DNA of 63,500 nt, filler included, from Collodictyon triciliatum (taxonomy: Eukaryota), in the NCBI GenBank assembly GCA_043381765.1. It is 5 parts of 5 records of this genome, joined end to end, with 100 filler letters (N's around TTAATTAATTAA, not from the genome) between each part and the next. Parts side by side here need not be neighbours in the genome. Positions count along the whole stretch, not along the records: positions 16,718 to 33,296 come from JBHJMP010001537.1; positions 33,397 to 51,210 come from JBHJMP010001538.1; 3 more parts are not named here. One strand, written 5' to 3'. Positions 23,201 through 36,800 of this stretch are shown here, in pieces. The notes beneath the pieces are model-generated. The model was not told the origin of the DNA and searched no databases. It saw only the letters and a program-made list of their open reading frames with translations. The translations under genes were made by a program, and so were the position numbers. How positions within the stretch are numbered: position 1 is the first letter of the stretch; every line of letters begins with the position of its first letter.

Positions 23201-26092
23201 TAAGATCGATTATGGGAATAATTACGTGAATGTCCAGGTAGTATGGGTATATAGTCAAAATGGACAAGATTGCTTTTGCAGAGTTGTCAGTCTGTGCCCA
23301 CGGAAGAACAACGTGCCTTTTTACAGGAGCCTTGAGCAAATTCTACAAGAAAAGTCAAACAGGATTGGTAAGAAACATGGGAATGCGTTTTGAATTGTTG
23401 CAATAACTACTGTGCACGAAGCCAGCAATGGCATAATAAAGCAACTGAAGCATGAAATTTGATGTATGAGTGTGACGAGATAGCAAGTTGTGCTGGTTTT
23501 GGTTTGAGGCATACGTCCAATACTACTTCTCGTGTAACGACTCTGGTATCAGCTTGCAAGTCAAAATGCCCGCGCGTAATTGCGCTGTTATCGAAGGGAA
23601 ATAAGAAAGAAAAAAAACATGAGTCTGATTAAATGTGTGCATTTTTCTTTCCTTTAAGGTTGCACGTTAAATGTAATTCTCGTGAAATGTGACATAGAAA
23701 AGAAAGGATTTTTAACAACCTTGATATGAAATGTAAATCTCCAGGTACCAGGGATACTTGGAAGCGACTCAAGTCATCGGCAGATATATTTGAGAGCTTC
23801 ATAAAGATTTCCTTCGACTCAACTGCGGTAAGCGGTTCCATCGCAATCTTTTGATTGAATATATACGAATCAGATAGATGTATGCATAGGGTATATTTTC
23901 TATATATAAACAGGCTAATTTTTATCTTTCATAGCCATACTTCCTCTACATCTCGAGGGGACATGCCATTGCTGCACAATGCACTCTTTAATCCGCTTGA
24001 GCGTGTGGTGATGATTATTCTCATACGTGTAGAATATGCCAGCATTCGGTTGATCAGATCGGACTATGAAGGAGATTTGGAGTCCAATCGGAATTTTTTT
24101 TTTTTAAAAAAAAAAAAAACAGAATGAAGAGAACATGACCAAATGAGAGCTTTTAATCATTTCGGAAACCATATTCAGAACTCATCTGTGGTTTCTTCGA
24201 CAACATATTTTATTTTTTTTTGATATTTGTTAGTGGATGTGTATGTATCAATCAAATACCAATGCTTTGAAGCTGGTAGACGTTCTTTCCACATGGTCGA
24301 GAACAAAAAGTGTATCATGAATGTGGTATTGTCGAACCCACGTAAGAAAACTCGTTGGTTCATGTTCGCCGGTAAAGTTGTATCCCATCGTGTGTGCAAT
24401 TTTACACATAAGCGACTGCGCTGTGGAACATCCGCGGACATCACAAAAGAAAGTATATCTGGTTTGAAGGGAAATCACAGCATTATTTGTTTGTTTTTGT
24501 TTTATTTCCAAGAAAAAATGGACATATTAAATCATGCGACATTGATTGAAATGATAAAGCAAATGTTGGCAATGAGTTATGTCAGGATGACATTTTCTTT
24601 TGACTTGTTTTTATGTGCACCAGTAGATTCATTTATATACTTTTGGTATTGAAGTTGCTCGTGGAGAGCCTGAATCAATCGCACTGTAGTGGCGGTTTTC
24701 CCAATGCCCTCGATGCCAAAAAGAATTGCAATTTTTGTCCTTTCACCAGGTGTCAGGCTGAAAAAGTGTGTATAAAATGAAATTCAACGCTAGGAAGGCA
24801 TATAAATATTATTTATTTTGGTTCTGCGATAATATCTGCCTCAATAATTGATTCACAACAGAAGTCGAGATAAAAAAAATTCAATAACAATAAATTAAGC
24901 ATTTGTATGAGTGAATATAACCACAAAGGTGTAATATTGTATTTTTGTGAGTTACCGGTAAGCAAGGTCGCCGATTCCTTTTTCTCTATCTCCTAAACTT
25001 CCTGGGTCAATACGAGCGGCATTCAAGGGCATTTTTTGAGGAGCTATGGTCGACATTACAGACTTTGGTCAATACGATTTATGTGGATAAATAATAATAA
25101 TAATATAAATGTATTATAATTGGATATTTTCCATTCTCATTGGTGAATATACGGTATGGCCCTCTCATTGGAGATTGGGCCACGCTTCTTTTATTACATT
25201 TGAATAAAAGTAATAATAAGGATATATAAGTTAAAGAAAATTTAAATGATAACTGTATTTGAGCAAATCCAGAACAACGTCATGGAGAGATGCCCCTGTT
25301 AACTTATCCGTCATATACTATGATGAATAGAACAATGTGATGAAGAAAAAGCGTTTATAACTAGCAATGTGTTGGCGTTTGTTAACCTATAATTGTCCGA
25401 CATATCAGCACCTTTGGATTTATATATATCATTTAGAAGGATGGCCAGGATTTCAGAACTAGATCTTTGGTTTACCTGCTCCACATAGTTGATTTGCTCC
25501 ACTGATACAAGACCCGAACCCCACGGGTCGATGAGAGTGCAAAGCCCGTCAATCTGCTCCTTCGCTAATGTGAATGCAGGTACATCCTTTTCCTGAACGC
25601 GTGGGAATATGAAAGAAGTAGTGAGTGCCTATTCATCTAGCTTCTGGTACAAAGAAGAACTTGTTGAGAACGCTTCTGAGATGTAATTTGAGGGCAGTAT
25701 CCCTTTTAATCTTATTTCACATGGCATGGCACTGCTTACCAATAGCCCCTGCTTCACTGCGACTTCCTTTGTGATACCGCCCTCCAGAAGCTTGATAAAC
25801 TGATCAAATGTGCACCTATCGCTGTGTATGTACGTTCCTTTCCTCTGTGAGGCAAAGAGAAAGGAAACTATTTACTTTGACCACGAAGAAGGCGTTCAAT
25901 CCTGCATACACATGAGTGTACGTCCCCAACAAGAAGGAAGCACAGAAACCAAATAGTCATGGGCAGCAAACAGTCGAAAAAGTGTGAGTCTTTTATGAGT
26001 TATTATTCGAAACACGGGACTGACCGGAAAGGAATCGCGCCACCATTGACGCCATGCGGGGCGGAAAAGCACTTGCCACGGCTGCAGTCCTC
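20252..26092 (-). CDS. STAND (NB-ARC-like) P-loop NTPase + TPR repeats + C-terminal FYVE zinc finger; 5' end lost in N gap
   Basis: Walker A LFGIEGIGKT (~24695-24725), Walker B TLFVLDHVE (~24290-24315), sensor-like IIITTR (~24000-24020); TPRs HPLTALTMNNIGNYMKDSKDYIKALEFYKTSLAIRQETLGLRHPL-VGQSFHNIA; phase-compatible final exons CTLCKRQFTLTFRRHRCRACGETVCEV-CSPSRGFRPIPDMGHTSPVRVCFRCSTDLA*. Confidence 0.8.
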
Positions 26093-27731
26093 NNNNNNNN
26101 NNNNNNNNNNNNNNNNNNNNNNNNNNNNNNNNNNNNNNNNNNNNNNNNNNNNNNNNNNNNNNNNNNNNNNNNNNNNNNNNNNNNNNNNNNNNNNNNNNNN
26201 NNNNNNNNNNNNNNNNNNNNNNNNNNNNNNNNNNNNNNNNNNNNNNNNNNNNNNNNNNNNNNNNNNNNNNNNNNNNNNNNNNNNNNNNNNNNNNNNNNNN
26301 NNNNNNNNNNNNNNNNNNNNNNNNNNNNNNNNNNNNNNNNNNNNNNNNNNNNNNNNNNNNNNNNNNNNNNNNNNNNNNNNNNNNNNNNNNNNNNNNNNNN
26401 NNNNNNNNNNNNNNNNNNNNNNNNNNNNNNNNNNNNNNNNNNNNNNNNNNNNNNNNNNNNNNNNNNNNNNNNNNNNNNNGATCTTGGCAGAATAAAGTCT
26501 GGTAGTCGCAGAAAAAGTGTCTGCTGTTTGTATGGAAGATAGCTGGGTCACAACAGAGCCACACGATGAATGAAAACAAGGTGTCTTCAAAGCTGTGATG
26601 GCTACACGTGAGTTTCGCAGTTGCCATCGGCTGAACCAGATTCGTGACAAGAGAGGGATCCCACAACCCACGGACGCCGCTTTTAAAACATTTTCTTTAA
26701 TATTACAAATATCATAATTAATTATTTCATTACTCTGTATTACACGGTTTATCATATAAATATGAAATTAAGACATCGATTCTATAAAATCCAATAATAG
26801 ATAAAATCTCCATATTGTAAAACTATTATTGGAAAAAATAATTATAATAATGTAAATTATTCATATATTGGTACCATTAATTTTAATAATCTAATGTTGA
26901 ACAATTTATACATAATTATATATATTTATAATAACAAATATTCCATGGAAATGTTCCGATTAAGATAGAAAGTGGAAACTTATCTTATCCAGACATTTTT
27001 TCTGAATTTTAACTAAAATACATCAAGTAAGGGAATCTCACAAAACTTTTGCCGTCATCAAAAAAAAACACCCATGAAAATCGGCGCCGCTGCGTTTTTC
27101 TCTTTTCATTTTCTCTCTCATCAAAACCCAAAAACACAAACACAAATAATTACATATGTGCAAAAAAGAAAAGGAGAAAAGATGGAGCGGCCCTATCAAA
27201 ACAATCGCAAACCACAACAAAAAGGATCACAATGATGAGTCCTGTTCGCGAAAAAGCCAGAGCAAAAAAGGGCAAAAGGATATGAAGAGAAAGAAGCAAG
27301 CAACAAGCTGTGGCACATACACACATAAAGAAAGAAAAAGAAAAAGACAAAAAAAAAAACCGGTACGGTACACGATTCCCTTTTTTTTTCCTTTCTGCTC
27401 ATCGCTCTGCATACTTCCTTGAAACAACCCTTCCTGTCTGTTTCTCTCTTCGGTAACGTAAACGCACGCACGTTTGGAACACTCTTATCTTTCTTTGGCT
27501 ACTCAGAGACTTCTGCTGCTCAACGAAACGGCTCATATGCTTTCGTTTTATTTCCCTACCCTGCACTGCTGAAATACTCTGTTTCGCCCCGATCGCACAT
27601 ACAAATTCGTGTGTTGCAAATCTGCACTTGACCTGCTATTTCTTTAACTTTTGGCTTCCTTTCATGACAAACATGTTCACACAATCTACATAGCCTGCTT
27701 CCAAAGCGGCTGACAACACAGGGTCACAGCC

Positions 27732-30700
27732 ATGGCTCAGCGCAATGTGCCTTCGAGCCTTTCGCGGCCATCGCAAGATGTGCCTTACATCTTTACGCCC
27801 GAGCAACTCGGATGCCTTCGTGCACAAATCTATGTCTACCGCTACTTGGAACGAAACGCGACACCGCCTCCGCAATACTTGGCTTTGGCTGTGGGGAATT
27901 CTTCACTTGCGCTAAATGCAATCGACCCGCCGCCTTCTCGGACAACTCTCACAGAGAGCCAGACTACATCGACCTCTACTCCCGCTACAACCTCCACCCA
28001 AGCACAACTGGTGAAGGAAGCAAAGGCCGAGTCCCAGCAGATTTCTGCAGTTAGTGGTCCGTCTGTCGTGCCTCGTGGTGTCAGCATGAGCCAGATTCTG
28101 CCGTTAGAGCAAAGTCCTACTGAGCAGAGACAAAAGCAGACTCAGCAGAAACCGCAACCAATTCAGCAGAATGCTGAAGAAAATAAGAATTTGCATCAAA
28201 AAAGTGTCCGAGTAAAGTCAGGTATCTGATTAATTTATGACTATTCTTATGTCTACTCTTTTCCTTTTAGAGTCAATACCTCTTATGTAATTTTTGATTT
28301 TAAACACAACATCGTCTCTAGAGTCCAAAAGTACCAAACTCCTCTCGGAACCATCCAAGATAGGACTTTTGACAGAGTCAAAGGACTTTCCATTGCTTTT
28401 TGTTCAAAAATTGAGAGATTACCGATGGGACACGTTCCGTGATGTTTTTGTAAATTGTAAATACGGTATTTTCTTTTTTCTTTTCTTTTTCTTTTTCTTT
28501 TTTCTTTCTCTTTCTTTTTTCTTTCTCTTTCTTTTTTCTTTCTCTTTCTTTTTTCTTTCTCTTTCTTTTTTCTTTCTCTTTCTTTTTTTTTTTTTTTTTT
28601 TTTTTGTATTGCAGCTATATTCCTCTCCTCTTTTTCACTTCTAGTCTTCAAACTTATTCAAAGTTATTTAAAAGTCACATTTTTTGACCTGCTCAGATGA
28701 TGACCACAAGCTTGTCAATTACCGAACTGCTCACATCGACCGCACTATCTCAGATCTGCAGAGAGCTCAGCTGAAGGTAGAACTTTGACTTACTGTGCAC
28801 CTCTATTACCCATGGGATAAAGTAGTATGTGTAGGAGAGAATGAATAAGGGTACGCTAATAACAATGATGGTGTAATCAATAGAGCTCCTCGAAACAAAT
28901 GGAGCTCCGAAGAGAAATATCATCACAGTTCTTTTCGGGTGTGGAACTATTATGCATTCAAGACCATAACAAGCATCGTGCTCATTTTACGGTAGGCTCT
29001 CCAAGAAAGGGCATGTTGAATTGATTATCAGAGTATTCTAGGCTGTTATAATGTTGATTCAACCGATCAAAATTTGCTTGAAATTGCATCTAAAATAATT
29101 TATCACATAAAGCCTGATAGCTACAATACAGCGCACTTTTTGTCTCAGGTATTCACTCATCCGTGGCGACCCAGTTATTGTTCAAAATTTAGATAATGCT
29201 AATCGCAAAAGTATATTAATGTAAAAAAAAAATGAACAGGAAAGCAAAATCAAATCTGATATGAACCATGATGTTCGATCAAGCCACAAAAAGTTTCTTG
29301 CAGCTGTCTGTAAGTTGAACATATGCCCGCTTATCAAATAAGCTGTCATTATCATTAATTTCAATCTTTTGGCACATATACGTTCACTTAAACTTAGTTT
29401 CGAATATTAAAGTGAAAACATAATGATTTTATTTTTAGTGGAGCATCACTCGCGATTCGAGGAATTCCATCGCACAAAATTGGGTTCCTTACGGAACCTG
29501 CAAAGGTATACCGCGAATAAATAAAACATGAAAAAAGATTTTGCCATTTACTTCTGCATTTCTTGCAGACGAATAATACAGCACCATCAAATCATGGAGC
29601 GAAAAGAGCAACAAAGACGTGAGAAAATGCAACGAGACAGATTGCGAGCATTAAAAGTAAGTCAGTATAGGCTCACAGCCTCTGCTATGAGTGCACTCCC
29701 TTAATTTTATTTAAACTCTTTTCTACTTTAGAAATTATATGTCTGATTTATATTCCCTATTTTCTGTTGTAAATAACTAGGAGGATAATTTTGAGGCATA
29801 CCTAAAATTAGTCGATGAAGCGAAGAATGACAGACTCAAATCATTATTAGAACAAACTGATGTAAACCTCTTAGTCACAAGAACACCAATAATATGTTTG
29901 TTATCTTTAAGGCACAAAGATAAAACTAATTTTTTTAAAACATACTTGTAGCAATATCTGATGCAAATAGGTGCCATGGTTGAAAAACAAAAGAACCAAG
30001 ACCAATCGGTATTTATCTTCAAGAAAATACACATGCGTATATTAAATATGTGAAATATTTTTTCAACTACATGATTATGTTGATATGAATCCACACTAAT
30101 GCTCGGGTGAACTGAATACTAAAATGAAGGGAGCATCGGGTTAGAATGTTATAAAATTATTCTTTGAAAATTCACAATCACGCTCGATTCTTTGTGAATT
30201 ATAAATGGCTTTTTTTTTTTTTACTGTTGAATAAAAAAAAAACCTTATCAACATATAAAATGATAGAAAAGCCTGTTTTGCCTACCCAACTGACTCCATC
30301 CGAGGTCACCCAGCAATATCTCGCTCGGAGAACAGAATATTATACAATAGCCCATAGGATTCAAGAGGAAGTCACACATCAGCCTGAAATGTTGGTTGGA
30401 GGGACGTTGAAGCCATATCAGGTTTTTTAGGAAGCCCAAACACTATATAATACAGATTTTATAGAAAAATGAAATGAGTGAAGATAATACGACTTATGGG
30501 TTGCTGATGATAAAATCCTGTCTACATCATATCAAAAGATTCAAGGATTACAATGGTTACTATCGTTGTACAATAACAATCTTAATGGAGTTCTCGCCGA
30601 CGAAATGGGGCTGGGGAAAACCATACAGGTTAACCTCTTGCTATCTAATAGACATACCTAGAAATATTAAAGTATATTAAGATTCAATTGAGAAATAAAA

Positions 30701-33054
30701 GCATCAGTATCGATGCGCATGATATCATTATGACAATAAAGTCATAGAGGAATAAATACTCATTTGCTTCTAGACTATTTCTTTGGTTACGCACTTGATG
30801 GAAAAGAAAGGAAATAAAGGGCCTTACCTAATCATTGTTCCACTATCGTAAATAATTTTATATGCACCACATAATTCCTCTTAAAGTTTAAATTATTAAC
30901 AAAAGAAAGGCTAATGTTATTATTTTACATAAAAAAAAATAATAGAACCTTACCGAACTGGAGAAATGAATTTCAAAAATGGGCTCCTGATGTGCGAGTT
31001 CTTGTCATATCAGGAGGGTATGAATTTCTCAATCCTATTACTAATTTTGTATGCGCTTCTTTTGTAATATTATCTCATTCAGTTTAGAGCTTAAAGTACA
31101 AACTCATCTCCTTTTCAAATGCGCTTTAGAATGGCAGACAGGAAAGATGTGTACAAGAGGACGCTGGTCGGAGGAAAATTTGACGTACTTTTGACCACCT
31201 ATGAGTAAACTTTGCTTCTTATTGAAAAACATTATAATGTTTTAGTGGAAGCTCTCTGAAAAGGAGTAACAGTATTATTGATGACGTTTGACCATAGGTA
31301 TATTATACGAGATAAAGCATTTTTATCTAAAACAAGCTGGGAATATATGATAGTGGACGAAGGGCACAGAATGAAAAATCATTCGTAATATTGATATTTT
31401 TTCCCATGCCCTTTATCTGTACTTATGGTGCTTTTTTTAAAAATAGCTCTATCACTTTTGCCTTTTCAAACCATATGATCGTAAATTAAAAATATTATTT
31501 GATTTTTTGACTCAATAATAAATTAGCTCCAAATTGTCCACTGTTCTCGCTCAAAATTACCGGTCAAAATACCGACTACTAATTACAGGGACACCGCTCC
31601 AAGTAATTGCTACCCACTATAAAATAGCCATTATAATCACCATTATTAACTCTATCTTATTTTCTTAATTCTATACCACTATTGAATCCCTATCGACCAT
31701 TTCATGTAAAGAATAACCTTCACGAGCTATGGTCTCTTCTTAATTTCCTCCTCCCGATGGTTTTCAACTCTGTGGACAATTTTGAGATGTGGTTCAACGC
31801 GCCTTTCGCTAATACGTAATCTGAAAATTAAATACATATATAGTAAAAATATATTGCAAAAGACAATTTATTTAACGGTTACATTTTTCCGGCTCTTTTG
31901 GATTTAGTGGTGAAAAAATGGATTGCACAGAAGAAGAACGATTTCTTGTTATAAACAGACTGCATCAAGTTTGTGAAAGCCGTCATATATTAAATTCATT
32001 TGAATGGTGCATCATTCTTTGAAGCTGTGCACACGCTCAGATAACGACACGATTATTTTTTTTAAAAAAAGATCCGAATTCTGTAATGCACACAGGTGCT
32101 ACGTCCATTTTTATTGAGGCGTCTGAAGACTGACGTTGAGAGTCAGCTCCCCGACAAAGTGAGTCGGATATGCTATTGTATCAACTGTAAACATTTCACA
32201 GTGCATTCTTTCCCTTAGGTTGAGTTTATCCTAAGATGTGATATGTCGTCCATGCAAGAAGTCATGTATAATCGATTTCGAGAATCTAGTGCAGTAATGT
32301 TGCAAAATCATGGGTAAGTTTATGATTTCCTCCTTTCTTTGTATTTATTATTATTGTTGTTATTGTTATTGTTATTGTTATTGTTATTAGTATTAGTATT
32401 ATTATTAGTATTATTATTAGTATTATTATTAGTATTATTATTAGTATTATTATTAGTATTATTATTAGTATTATTATTAGTATTATTATTAGTATTATCA
32501 TATGTGGCAATCAAGTTTCTCTTTCAACAAACTTCCTATTTGCATATATCAGTATTTAAATTTATGTAAATTCAACAGTAAAGCTCGTGCATTACAAAAC
32601 TCGATGATGCAATTGCGGAAAGTTTGCAATCATCCCTATTTATTCTTTGATGAAATACCCCACCCTGTGAGTTTCCCTCTTTTGCTACCATATGACGAAA
32701 CATATAAACCTCACTGATGTATGAAATCAACTGTGATGCTGATCTGGCTTGTTAATTCAAATAAAAATCATACTTTTTTTTCCTTATGTTCCATCTGACC
32801 TCCAACCATGCTACATATAATTCAAGGTTGACGATGAAATATATCGGTGTTCTGGAAAGTTTGAATTGCTTGACCGTATTCTCCCAAAATTACAGACTAC
32901 AGGACATCGCGTTAGTATTCGTGCTCTCTGATTCATATTTTTATCCCCTTCATTCGATTCAACGGCCTTCCGATTAATATAAACGCGCTTACAAAATGGT
33001 TGTAGATAAAATAATACCGCCAGTTTTTGCTATATTTTCTTCTTATTTCTATTA

Positions 33055-33148
<94 letters not shown>

Positions 33149-33296
33149 TCGGAGATTATTAACTCATGAACTGTCTCTAGGTTTTGCTATTCAGTCAGAT
33201 GACCACGTTGTTGGATCTGCTAGAGATCTATCTCTCGTGGCGAGACACAAAGTATCTTCGTCTAGATGGGCACACGAAATCAGAAGAGCGAGGCCG
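27732..33296 (+). CDS. SNF2: SNF2/BRM (SMARCA2/4-like) chromatin-remodelling ATPase, 3' truncated by contig end
   Basis: QLQ domain [22 protein letters not shown]-like region ([47 protein letters not shown]); [96 protein letters not shown]. Confidence 0.95.
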
Positions 33297-33396
33297 NNNN
33301 NNNNNNNNNNNNNNNNNNNNNNNNNNNNNNNNNNNNNNNNTTAATTAATTAANNNNNNNNNNNNNNNNNNNNNNNNNNNNNNNNNNNNNNNNNNNN
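33297..33396. other. Artificial contig linker
   Basis: TTAATTAATTAA at 33341-33352 within 100-bp N run. Confidence 0.95.
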
Positions 33397-33449
<53 letters not shown>

Positions 33450-33858
33450 CTTTTATTTTTTAAAACAAGAACTCAATAATAATAACAATAATAACAATAG
33501 AAAAAGAAAAAGAAAGGTACTTATAGTGTGGGGATAAACAACGATAAATGAATGTTTCTTTTTCTTTTTTGTTTTTTGCATTTTACTATGCCTGCAATCA
33601 TAGTTTGAAAATTGCGACCAAGCCACGGCATGTTTTTCAAGAAAGAAGGAATCGCAAGATGGCAGGGAAGTAAAGATCAGTAAGACTGAAGTGAATGAGC
33701 AACACGGATAAGTATCATTTGCCCGGTGGTTGGCCTTTGGTCTCACAACAGAAAGATTTTACTCTGCGTGTGTTTAGTATAGCACTGCTTGCTTTATTCT
33801 TGTCTGTATCTTCCTAAACTTCGATGGAAGGCCATGTTTGCAGACGCACTCTTGGTTG

Positions 33859-36800
33859 CTAGCCCCGTGGCCTTCCCAGCGAGCCCAACACTACGACCAG
33901 TTGTACCAGAAGAGGCTGGGTATTGATATAGATATCATATTGTGGAAAGAGTATTACAAAGTGGCCAGAAGTTGGGGCGACTCGGCTCGAGTCCTTATGA
34001 ATAAAGATGTATGGCTCGCATGGCGAAACTTCAAATCGCATAAATATTTGGTAAGTATGAAACATCTGGACCGCACAGACCTTGCGATTCTTTGACAAAA
34101 GATATTCTTCCATCACGCTGAGGTTACTTATGAGGGACTTATGAATCCTAGGGAGGTATTCTACCTCCGCCTCTTGTTGCGTGATAATTGAGCAATTGTC
34201 TTGATGAGAATCAGGAATATACTGGAACCACGAAGAACGATATCCATTAGTGAAGAGATGTATTTCAATCATACCACAACTTTTCTAAAAAAAAAAAATC
34301 ACAACAAAATGTTCGAATATTTTACCATGTCAGTTGTGGCTGTATGTATGTATGTATGTATGTATGTATGTATGTATGTATGTATGTATGTATGTATGTA
34401 TGTATGTATGTATGTATGTATGTATGTATGTATGTATGTATGTATGTATGTATACAAACGGCGATTTTTTCAAGGAACGTGTGAATCTGTGGTAAGTGGG
34501 TCTCGATGAAAGGATTTGCAGGTGTCATATAGCTCTCTTTTTCTCCAAATTTGATCCCATTCGCCAGATTTTGAAGGACTTTAGCAACTAATACAAGGCC
34601 TCGGCGGGATTGGGGAGATATGGGACCTATTTCATATACGAGCGAATAAAGGTCCATTTTTTTTTCAACTCGTAAACCAGAAATTTAATCCATAATTGTC
34701 AAAAGGGAAGGATGGACTTCAAAACACCTTTCACAATGCCAAAAGCCTCTGGTGTCATCAGGGCAGGGCCATAGAGCCTTAAAAACAAAAAAGACGCTAC
34801 TGAGTTCAGGCGAGTATCCGCAAATTTCTTCTTCGTTTCTGACTTTAAAAACCCAAGAGCGTATCGAAGTCGGCTATTCAAATTATGAGAATGTAAAATT
34901 TCCGGTTGAGAGTTCGTTAAAGATAGGGAAATGGAATTATTTATATCTTTCCTCTTGTATAAAATACAAGAAACTGATGCAAAATGGTAAACTAGAGAAC
35001 CGACAACATAAAAAGAAAACCATTCGAGATTATTGTGAGTATTATAGTAAACAAGGCACGAGGGGCGCCATTAAATATTCAGCACTTTCTTCTCTGATTA
35101 ATTTTAAATATATACATCACATTAAATTTCAATGTATGAAAGAACAAAGAGCAAAATATGCATTAAAAGGAAAAGGATAATGAAGACCAGAATTGTTCTT
35201 GTTTAATTCAAACAAGTAATTTTCACTCACAAAGGACATTTCAGTCCCTCACTTGTAATCCTTATGACAAGTTTTTCAGCAAATGTCATTAATTTTTGGA
35301 GATTTTGAATTGCAATGTCTGGATTCTCAAGTCTTTGAGGATCAACCTGTGTATTATAATTAACTTGAAATAAGTTTTTTTTTCCTTTATTCAGAAAAAT
35401 AATACTGATACTAATAATAAAATAGTAAAACTAATACTGATACTAATAATAATAATAATAATAATAAAATAGTAATACTAATACTGATACTGATACTAAT
35501 AATATGAATATGTGTGCGTTATGTTTGGTATGTTGTTTGGGTATAGTACTACCTCTAAAGGGGGTTCTGAATTCGAAAGTATTTCTTCTACAATAGGTCC
35601 GATCAAATTGTTCACATAGCTCTGAGATATCATCTTGCAATACATGTTTATAAATTTTGTATGTATGTTGCTCGCTCGAAATAGTGTGCTTTCTGATGCT
35701 TTTGGTATTTTATTTTAGTATACTAGTATTGCATTGTGAAGTCGATATTGTTACATATGCGCTGTGTGTAACAAACTGCAAAAGTGCTTCAATTGATTTC
35801 CATATTCTTTTTTAGAAAAGAAAAGTAATTCCATACAGGTATTTGATATCTCCTGGTCTATGGCCGTTTTTAATAACAGTAAAGATATATTAAATCCATC
35901 TAGCACACTGACCACGTCTTTCAAGAAATCATCTTTCTATTGGGTACAAAGTCTTTAACTACAAAAATCCAATAACTTATTGGCTATTCGAGAAAATAGT
36001 TTGAATACAATCTTGTTTAAAATTTTTTATAAATTCGATTACTTTGGTGATTTCAGTCATCGTTTCAACTAAATCTAGGTTTGTTTCTGCTAACAACTAT
36101 ATGATCAAATCTAACTTTCAAAATGGGCATGGCATACTACGACTGTTATTCTAACAATCTTGTGAGTTTCATATTAATAGAATCGGCATTTTTAATGGAT
36201 ACTCAGAACATGAAGAAAAACCTCGGCAAGGGAATGAAACTTTCTCCTCTTATTCTCATCCAATGTCCGAGTGACTTCATCCGCTCTTTCTTTTTTCATA
36301 GCTGTAAAAGCCACTCTATGCTTTATTTTTGAGTAAAATTTGAACCCGAATTTAATTTAGGAATACCTTTAAATATGCATATGCTGAGTAAATATGTATT
36401 TTTTCTCTATCAAATCCCCCTGTAAGACTTTGAATAAAGGAGGGAAAAATCACCTGTAAGACTTGATTCTCAAGATGAAGGGCATAGTCTCCATATGACT
36501 CAGCATGCGCTATAGCTATGTACTAAAATTAGCAGGGTTGGAGATATTCACATATATACAAAAAAAAATAGCATTTGTGAATGTCAAAATATGATGACTT
36601 AAATAAGTGGGCAAACCGGTCGAGAAATGAAAGCACATTAAAGATGTGATAATAAAGCGTTCTGCTATCTTACATTTTTTTCCAAACTCGTTAACGTCTA
36701 ATAGTAAAAATTTAAGTCCTTCGAGAACTACAAGGTCCTTCTTCAATAATACATGCATCAAATGATCCGCAACCTCTTGACTAGATACTTGATATTTAGA

